Shown piece by piece: positions 58,086 through 64,000 of a stretch of 64,000 nucleotides of DNA. A program made the translations under genes and the position numbers. Position 1 is the first letter of the stretch, and each line of letters begins with the position of its first letter. Source of the stretch: a virus; the IMG/VR virus record IMGVR_UViG_3300037104_000756, positions 1 to 64,000 of that record. The stretch is one strand, 5' to 3'. The notes under the pieces were generated by a model. It was given only the letters and a program-made list of their open reading frames with translations, was not told where the DNA came from and made no database searches.

Positions 58086-59879
58086 ATGGCTGAAGTGAAC
58101 GCACAAGAACCTAATCCGCAAGCTACGCCAGAATCTGTGGCCCAGCCCAACGCCCAATACGCCAACGCTCCGCTGGCGACGGCGAACGATGCTCCGACCG
58201 CGAGCGTCCCGTCGACTGCTCCAGCTAACGCACCCGCGAATGTTGGGCAGACTCCTGCTCCTCATGCTCGGTTGGCTGCGATGGTGCAGGGATTAGCCGA
58301 TGGTCTTAGCGGACTGTCGGCGGGTATGGCGTCAAAAGGTAGAGTTTCGGGCGCTCAAGTTGTGCAGGAATTACAAGCAGGGCGTCAGCAGATGGCGCAG
58401 TCTAAAGTCGCCGCCGCCCAAGCGCAGAAGAGCGCGGAGATTGACAATAGTTTGAAGACGGCAGACACGAATCAAATCAACGTTCATACTCATATGCTCG
58501 TTGCTCAAGGACCAAATGAACTTGCCAAGACGCATTTAGAGGTGACAGGGGCAGAGCAAGCCCAAGCGATTACGGGGGCGGATTTCGCAGCGCAACATGG
58601 TGGTTCCGATCCTGATGAATTTAAGGCGAAGCTGAAAGACCAAACGCCGCTTAATGCAAATGGCGATGCAGCGGGATCATTTTTCATGAAGGGGGCGCAA
58701 CGAGAACTTCGTGGCGCGCAAACGGCAGGAATTCCTGATGATAACCCTGCTGTGCAGAATATGCAAAAGGTTCTTGCTGACCCGAAAGCCACTGCGGGCG
58801 ATGTATATAGTGCGACGCAGCAACTTCAATTGGAAAATGCATCGCAGGGAAAAGCGATTGACGAACAAGCGAAACGGCAAGCGGCAGCCGAGACGGCTCC
58901 ACTCGGGGCAAAGGCAGATGAATTCAACAAGATGAACGAAGATCGGTATCAAATCCTGCACCCAGGTAAACCTCTGCCAGATGAGTACAAGGTAAATTCT
59001 GGCTCTACCCCGAAAGACCTAGATCGTATTCACACTACCTTAAAAGGTGCGGAGGATGCAACCGGCACGAAACTGCAGCGAGACCAAGGAAATCAGTTTC
59101 GCCAACAAATGTTGGATTTACAGAAAGGGGTAGACATTCCTGGCGATAACACCAAAACGGGGCCTGAATACTTGGCTTCTTTGAGTAAAGAGAATCCTGC
59201 TATGGCTGCGAACGTGAGGCAGATCGGGGAAGGTCGTGGAGCACCCCCACCTGCAGGTGCCCGTACTCCTGCGGCGTTGAGGTTGTTGGGTGCAGTCAAT
59301 CTCGCGTACCCAGAGTATGATGCGTCGCGTTTTCCTATATACCAGAAGACGCGCGCGGATTTCACTTCTGGCGGTCAGGTGGCTAAGTCTCTCAACGGCG
59401 GCCACACCGTTCTTCAACATTTGGCGGCGCTCCAGCAATTAAATACGGATGCAAGTCGCATCCCTGGGACCAAGGCGCACCAAGCATTTCAGAACCAGTT
59501 AGACACTCTCGCTCCCGAACTTGCTCGCTTCTACGGAAACGAAACCGTGGAAGGTATTGCGGGATATAAGTCTACCCTCGGATCGATCCTTAACCGTGAC
59601 GTAGCTATCCAGCAGCAAGCAAAATCCATGAGGGAAAAATTCAACGGATTTCAAACTCAATGGGAGAGTGGATCACCTCCAGGCGCGGTGTCGCCCGTAA
59701 CGATCTTTGGTCCGAAGGAACAGGAAACATACAATAAGATCACAGGCGAGGGTGGAGGGGCTTCAAGTGGCAAGGCGGTGAGTTTGGCAGAGGCTATGAA
59801 GCTGCCAGTAAACGCAGGGAAAACTGAAGATCAAGTTCGCGCGGATATCACATCCCACGGACATCAAGTGGGTCAGTAA
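58086..59879 (+). CDS. Putative internal virion (ejection) protein
   Basis: 597 aa, A/Q-rich and helical. Confidence 0.6.
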   Translation: MAEVNAQEPNPQATPESVAQPNAQYANAPLATANDAPTASVPSTAPANAPANVGQTPAPHARLAAMVQGLADGLSGLSAGMASKGRVSGAQVVQELQAGRQQMAQSKVAAAQAQKSAEIDNSLKTADTNQINVHTHMLVAQGPNELAKTHLEVTGAEQAQAITGADFAAQHGGSDPDEFKAKLKDQTPLNANGDAAGSFFMKGAQRELRGAQTAGIPDDNPAVQNMQKVLADPKATAGDVYSATQQLQLENASQGKAIDEQAKRQAAAETAPLGAKADEFNKMNEDRYQILHPGKPLPDEYKVNSGSTPKDLDRIHTTLKGAEDATGTKLQRDQGNQFRQQMLDLQKGVDIPGDNTKTGPEYLASLSKENPAMAANVRQIGEGRGAPPPAGARTPAALRLLGAVNLAYPEYDASRFPIYQKTRADFTSGGQVAKSLNGGHTVLQHLAALQQLNTDASRIPGTKAHQAFQNQLDTLAPELARFYGNETVEGIAGYKSTLGSILNRDVAIQQQAKSMREKFNGFQTQWESGSPPGAVSPVTIFGPKEQETYNKITGEGGGASSGKAVSLAEAMKLPVNAGKTEDQVRADITSHGHQVGQ

Positions 59880-61223
59880 ATGGCTGTTCCAACAACTCAA
59901 GCTGCCGATCCATACGCAGACATCGCGACTCCTATCCAAGCCGCGACGGGTCAGCCGTCCGCCTCTTCGACAGCACCTGATCCTTATGCATCTATCGCAA
60001 CCGACATTTCTCCTGCTGAAGGAGCACTCTCTAAAATCGGAGATTTTGCGAAAGGTACTGCTGAAGGTGCGGTCACATCGATGGGCGAGACGATTCAATC
60101 TCTGCCTTGGATCGGGAAGAAGATAATTTCACCTGACGCCATGACGGCGGAACGTGCATACTTTGCCCCAGGTACGCCAGCAGAAAAATATGGACAGACA
60201 ACTGGGCATTTAGCCGAACCTCTGTTGGAGTTTGTTCTGGGTGACGCCGCTCTGAAAGGTCTTACTCTATCTGATAAAATTGGACTGGCGGGAAAAATTT
60301 CAAAGATCGCACAAGATTCGCCATATATCGGAAAACTACTACAGCATGGAGTTAACGCGGCTCGAATGGGAACCGTCGGGACGACCGAAGCGTTAGCAAA
60401 GGGTGCCACGCTACCACAAGCGCTTGAGACAGGGGCTGCAACTGGAATCGGCGGCGAAGCCCTATCTGCCATCGCCGAGCCCGTGGCGAACGCCATCAAG
60501 AATCCATTTCGAACCGCCAAGGCGATAGCTAGTCCCTTCACAGGGGGGGCTATTCAACCCGCTCTAAAATCAGGCATACAGGATGTTTGGGATTCTGTCG
60601 CAGAGAGAGCAGGCGTAGCAAAACCCGTCTCTTCTTCTGTGCAAGATTTAGGCCAGGAAGTCGGCGATAACATTCTGGCGCGATCCAAGGCTAACTACAA
60701 AATGATCGATACGGCTACCGATGGCCGATTTTCAGGAACCGAGAAAGCCCTCAAAGATGTGAATAAAGAGTTGCAATCTGTAACGAACGACACCGAAGAG
60801 CAGGCTCTTCTTGTTCGTAAAACAAGGCTAGAACTACAAATGGATCAGATGATGGATGAGGCGGCGACTAAGGGGGTTTCTCAGGCCCATGTCGACGCAG
60901 CCAAAAGCGATTTCAAGCAGGCCCAAGCTATCTACGACACGAACCATCAAATTCGAATGGCCACTGCGGGAGTACGGCCAGGAATGCAGGGCGCAAAGGA
61001 TGTTCCCGAGGAAGTTAATGCAAAGTCTCTGCTGAATCGACTGAATAAACTTCTGAATAAAGGTCGCCTACAGCAAGCCGTGGGGGAGGATTCTGCCGAG
61101 GATTTGATTGGACACTCCGCAATCGCGCAGAAGGCAGCTAAAGATGTGACCCGTAACCAGAGAATTGGTGGGGCAGTAGTCGCTGCCGCTGGGTACGGGG
61201 GCGCTAAGAAATACCTACCGTGA
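59880..61223 (+). CDS. Putative internal virion (ejection) protein
   Basis: DPYA repeats at the N-terminus, G/A-rich segments, helical C-terminus. Confidence 0.6.
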   Translation: MAVPTTQAADPYADIATPIQAATGQPSASSTAPDPYASIATDISPAEGALSKIGDFAKGTAEGAVTSMGETIQSLPWIGKKIISPDAMTAERAYFAPGTPAEKYGQTTGHLAEPLLEFVLGDAALKGLTLSDKIGLAGKISKIAQDSPYIGKLLQHGVNAARMGTVGTTEALAKGATLPQALETGAATGIGGEALSAIAEPVANAIKNPFRTAKAIASPFTGGAIQPALKSGIQDVWDSVAERAGVAKPVSSSVQDLGQEVGDNILARSKANYKMIDTATDGRFSGTEKALKDVNKELQSVTNDTEEQALLVRKTRLELQMDQMMDEAATKGVSQAHVDAAKSDFKQAQAIYDTNHQIRMATAGVRPGMQGAKDVPEEVNAKSLLNRLNKLLNKGRLQQAVGEDSAEDLIGHSAIAQKAAKDVTRNQRIGGAVVAAAGYGGAKKYLP

Positions 61224-61285
61224 GTTGAATGACGTTAGTAGGATATAAACGCCGTAGGCAAGCAGCAGCAGACTTAAAATTCCCA

Positions 61286-61843
61286 TCATGATTGTTTTCT
61301 CTCTAGGCGATTTGGCGGCGTGATACCCCAGCCGAGACTTCGAAGCCACTCAGCTAGTTCTTGTTCGCTATGCCCTCGCGAATGATTGCCTTTTAACTGA
61401 ATACTTAGGTTGGTTAGATCGTTGCAAGCGCGCCCGTTGATCCCATGGTGAACATCTTCGTTGGGTTTGAGCGGACGACCAAGGAACTGAGCCATAACAT
61501 GTCGATGCTCTAGGACTCTTTTGCCATTATAGGTGATGACGCGGTATCCATGAGTATCCAGCGATCCTGCACCGAATGGCGCTTTTATGCCTCTGCTGCA
61601 TCCTGTGGTGAGACTCGCAGTTACTACGTCGCGCCGTACGCGTCGGATTTTATCCATACAATCCCAAGTGGGTTTGGCGGATCGCGTGCGTTTTCCGACG
61701 CCGATGACGCGCAAGTTTCCAAACACCATGTTAGTGAGATCGGGACTGTGGCGGCACATATGCTTTGCGGGTCGGAGACACGGGCGCGCTTCGGTCATGC
61801 ACCCTCGTTTGATCATTTTGCCGCAAAGTGTTTTGGTCTTCAT
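61286..61843 (-). CDS. HNH homing endonuclease
   Basis: DLTNMVFGNL…; EHRHVMAQFLGRPL..NEDVHHGING..CNDLTNL. Confidence 0.85.
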   Translation of the reverse strand: MKTKTLCGKMIKRGCMTEARPCLRPAKHMCRHSPDLTNMVFGNLRVIGVGKRTRSAKPTWDCMDKIRRVRRDVVTASLTTGCSRGIKAPFGAGSLDTHGYRVITYNGKRVLEHRHVMAQFLGRPLKPNEDVHHGINGRACNDLTNLSIQLKGNHSRGHSEQELAEWLRSLGWGITPPNRLERKQS

Positions 61844-61946
61844 GTTCGTAGTATATCACGAAGTATCCGCAAGAGTCCACTTCAGTTACTAAAGCGGCAG
61901 ACTGTCCAGCACATCATAAATATTAGCCATATAGACCAGAACACAA

Positions 61947-62144
61947 TCATCGCGGCCAGCTTGGTGGTAGCGGTGTGGGACCACCTGGATTAGGCATCGG
62001 AGAGCAGGCTGACGGAGGTAGGCCACCGCAAGGGTCGTACGGGCCATTTTGGGCGAGTACCGACACTGTGCTGGACAACCCATAAATGAGCAGCCCGAGT
62101 GCTAGAACTGCAGAAAGACTAATCGTTGCAAGTGTAATTTTCAT
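61947..62144 (-). CDS. Small secreted/membrane Pro-rich peptide
   Basis: SD AAGGAG; signal-like N-terminus; Cys pair. Confidence 0.55.
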   Translation of the reverse strand: MKITLATISLSAVLALGLLIYGLSSTVSVLAQNGPYDPCGGLPPSACSPMPNPGGPTPLPPSWPR

Positions 62145-62311
62145 TGCGGCTCCTTTACTGAGAGAATGCGAACTTCAGGACCATCGTTGGCGGAGTCCGC
62201 ATCATTGAACAGACTGTTGATGAGTGACGCCAACAGTGGCATCTGATACGCCGCCAGTGCGGCTACGATCATCGTTCGTTCACCAGAGGTGATTTCGATT
62301 TTACGTTTCAT
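62141..62311 (-). CDS. Small hypothetical protein (56 aa, not in the ORF track)
   Basis: SD AGGAG; MKRKIEITSGERTMIVAAL…; ATGA-coupled on both sides. Confidence 0.55.
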   Translation of the reverse strand: MKRKIEITSGERTMIVAALAAYQMPLLASLINSLFNDADSANDGPEVRILSVKEPQ

Positions 62312-62462
62312 GCTGGTCTCCTAGTTTTCTTATCGGGATATTTTGCGAGTGCTTTTTCAACAAGGCGTTTGATATGGTTGAATTCCTTCACGGTCTTCCA
62401 TGCGTTAAGGATACCAAGGACCTTGCGACAGTGCAATGGTACGAAGGTACTGCCCGGATTAA

Positions 62463-62483
62463 GACTTTCTCTCGTATAGTGTA
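62463..62483 (+). promoter_or_regulatory. Putative late promoter (GACT-N9-ATA)
   Basis: GACT TTCTCTCGT ATAGTGTA. Confidence 0.55.
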
Positions 62484-62497
62484 GGCAGGAGAATGCT

Positions 62498-62716
62498 ATG
62501 GAGCGCTCACCCGTTTGCCCAAAATGCCTCTCGAAATTTTTAGACATCCGAGGGTGCATATATCATGGTAAGACCGCCAGCACCATTTGTGAAGATGCAT
62601 GGCATCGCGGCGCTGATTATAATCCTGACGTGCTAGTTCTGACTGCTCAGGACCGCGATTTTCTCGCAAGTGTGAAAGTTAGTTTGGAACCGCAAAGGAA
62701 GGCACTCCGTGGCTGA
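62498..62716 (+). CDS. Small Cys-rich hypothetical protein
   Basis: SD AGGAG; CPKC…C…C…WH. Confidence 0.6.
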   Translation: MERSPVCPKCLSKFLDIRGCIYHGKTASTICEDAWHRGADYNPDVLVLTAQDRDFLASVKVSLEPQRKALRG

Positions 62717-63092
62717 AACACAGAATGGTGTTGTGGTAGGGATCGAGGTATTAGCCGAGCGCATCGCTAACCTCTCGAAAAAACTAGACGAGCAGATTGC
62801 GTTGTCCAAGACATCGGTCGATGCCGCTTTGACCGCTATTCAAGTCGCTAAGTCGGACCAAGAACGCACGGTGACCGTAGCTTTCGCTGCGAGCCAATCG
62901 GCTATTACGAAAACGGAACAATCACAGAAGGAGAGCAACCAGAATATCGGCATCCTGCAGAACGACGTGGTCCGCCTCAAGGAATCGCAAGCGCAGTCGA
63001 GCGGTAACACGGGCGGCATGAAGGAAATGTACGGGTATATTTTTGCTGTCATTATGGTGATCGTGGATATATTCATGGGACTCCGCAAGTAA
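62709..63092 (+). CDS. Coiled-coil protein with C-terminal TM segment (lysis-associated?)
   Basis: C-terminal YGYIFAVIMVIVDIFMG. Confidence 0.55.
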   Translation: MAETQNGVVVGIEVLAERIANLSKKLDEQIALSKTSVDAALTAIQVAKSDQERTVTVAFAASQSAITKTEQSQKESNQNIGILQNDVVRLKESQAQSSGNTGGMKEMYGYIFAVIMVIVDIFMGLRK

Positions 63093-63101
63093 AGGGGAAT
63101 C

Positions 63102-63419
63102 ATGCATCCACGTTTAGATTTGGTAGATCAGATTATCCGCATTCTTGGCTGGCCCACACTGCTGGGTGGATTGGGCTGGGCGATCCGCAAATGGGATGAC
63201 GGTCAACGTGACTTCAAAGTGATGGGGGAGAATACACGAATCGCGGTCGCAAAGATTGCTACAGTTGAGACCGAGGTGCTGGCGATTAAAAACAACCACC
63301 TTGCTCATTTGCAGGAAGGTATCGTTGCATTGAGCGCAAGCAATGACAAAGCGGTTGAAATTTTGCAGACTATCAGTAAAGACATTGCGGTGTTGGTTGA
63401 CCGCACACCACGCGCTTAA
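63102..63419 (+). CDS. Holin-like membrane protein (tentative)
   Basis: Single N-terminal TM segment plus coiled coil. Confidence 0.45.
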   Translation: MHPRLDLVDQIIRILGWPTLLGGLGWAIRKWDDGQRDFKVMGENTRIAVAKIATVETEVLAIKNNHLAHLQEGIVALSASNDKAVEILQTISKDIAVLVDRTPRA

Positions 63420-64000
63420 TCCAATCGGACTCCCCAGAACGCTCTTTTGCTAACAGGTGCATCTGAGATCAGGCGGACGCAACTCGGGTCTGCCGTCACC
63501 ACGAACCGCCTTCCTGTTGGAAATCTCACCTCGACTCTTAATGTTTGCGACAGAATATTCATACCCGTTATGGTGCCGCAGTAGTGAGCAGCGGGTCCTG
63601 TTAGAATCTCCACAAAATCTTGCGTGACTATCCTCGGGGCGGCAGGGCTATTATGATTTTGCATCATCGTTTGAATCTCAGCATCAGGGATGGTGACTGC
63701 ATGGAGAAAAACACCTTCGTCGGTATATATAGACGCCATTTCTGAGATGCCTCGAACCCGAGTTAGACCGCGAGTCAGGGTCGGTGATGTGCATCGCGCA
63801 AACAGATAATTGAACGCCAACTCTCCGTCATCGTTCGTAGGAGCAAAAATTTGCGCTGCTTGTTTTCCAAAGAGACGGCGTCCCTGGCTCTTGAGCATCG
63901 GAAAGATGAGGCTCATGCGGTGGTCAGACGATATTTCAAACATACACCAGGGCGTGTCTTGTAGCTTGCTTACGGCTCCAAACGATACCAGCGGGGAGTC
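63416..64000 (-). CDS. NusG-family transcription antitermination factor, probably 5'-truncated
   Basis: Frame open to the window end; NGN-like PWCMFEI…FNYLFARC; KOW motif DFVEILTGPAAHYCGTI…LRVEV. Confidence 0.7.
   Translation of the reverse strand, partial: DSPLVSFGAVSKLQDTPWCMFEISSDHRMSLIFPMLKSQGRRLFGKQAAQIFAPTNDDGELAFNYLFARCTSPTLTRGLTRVRGISEMASIYTDEGVFLHAVTIPDAEIQTMMQNHNSPAAPRIVTQDFVEILTGPAAHYCGTITGMNILSQTLRVEVRFPTGRRFVVTADPSCVRLISDAPVSKRAFWGVRLD

Noticed and set aside
57778-58098. Alternative-frame ORF over a low-complexity tail as another nested gene
   Set aside because: No SD; the R/K/Q-rich sequence is simply the shifted reading of A/P/Q codons.
61271-61290. Thirteenth GACT promoter copy
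   Set aside because: Spacing to AT is 10 nt rather than 9, and no + strand gene follows.

Overview
The window is a 64-kb segment of a tailed dsDNA phage genome, almost entirely on the + strand and truncated at both ends. The virion genes are podovirus-like. Gene order: TerL, portal, scaffold and N4-gp56-type major capsid (0.2-8.4 kb); three tRNAs (Ala, Gly, Thr) with structured spacers; a histidine phosphatase and a 2034-aa polyvalent protein (10-17.3 kb); a ParB-like plus T5-A1-like phosphoesterase cassette between two paralogous Zn-finger genes; recombination, replication and nucleotide genes (RecA, DUF5664, MazG-like, NDT, PolA, ERF, SSB, UvrD, PD-(D/E)XK, primpol-helicase, iteron origin, ThyX, NrdJ; 21.6-37.7 kb); small accessory genes, a GH108 endolysin and an outer-membrane protein moron; tail/fibre and internal virion proteins (44-61 kb); lysis-like membrane proteins and a NusG-family gene. 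Eight free-standing homing-type endonucleases are scattered through it. Most striking observations: (1) the giant gene hides two +1-frame small ORFs with their own SD, each right behind an enzymatic domain (M41-like protease, HhH-GPD glycosylase-like), suggesting overprinted cognate inhibitors; (2) a DUF3494 ice-binding-like domain is inserted into one of two paralogous virion proteins; (3) a GACT-N9-AT motif occurs at 12 intergenic sites ahead of mostly late genes. All family assignments come from motif recognition by eye, not database searches. No integrase, repressor, small terminase or CRISPR array was recognised.
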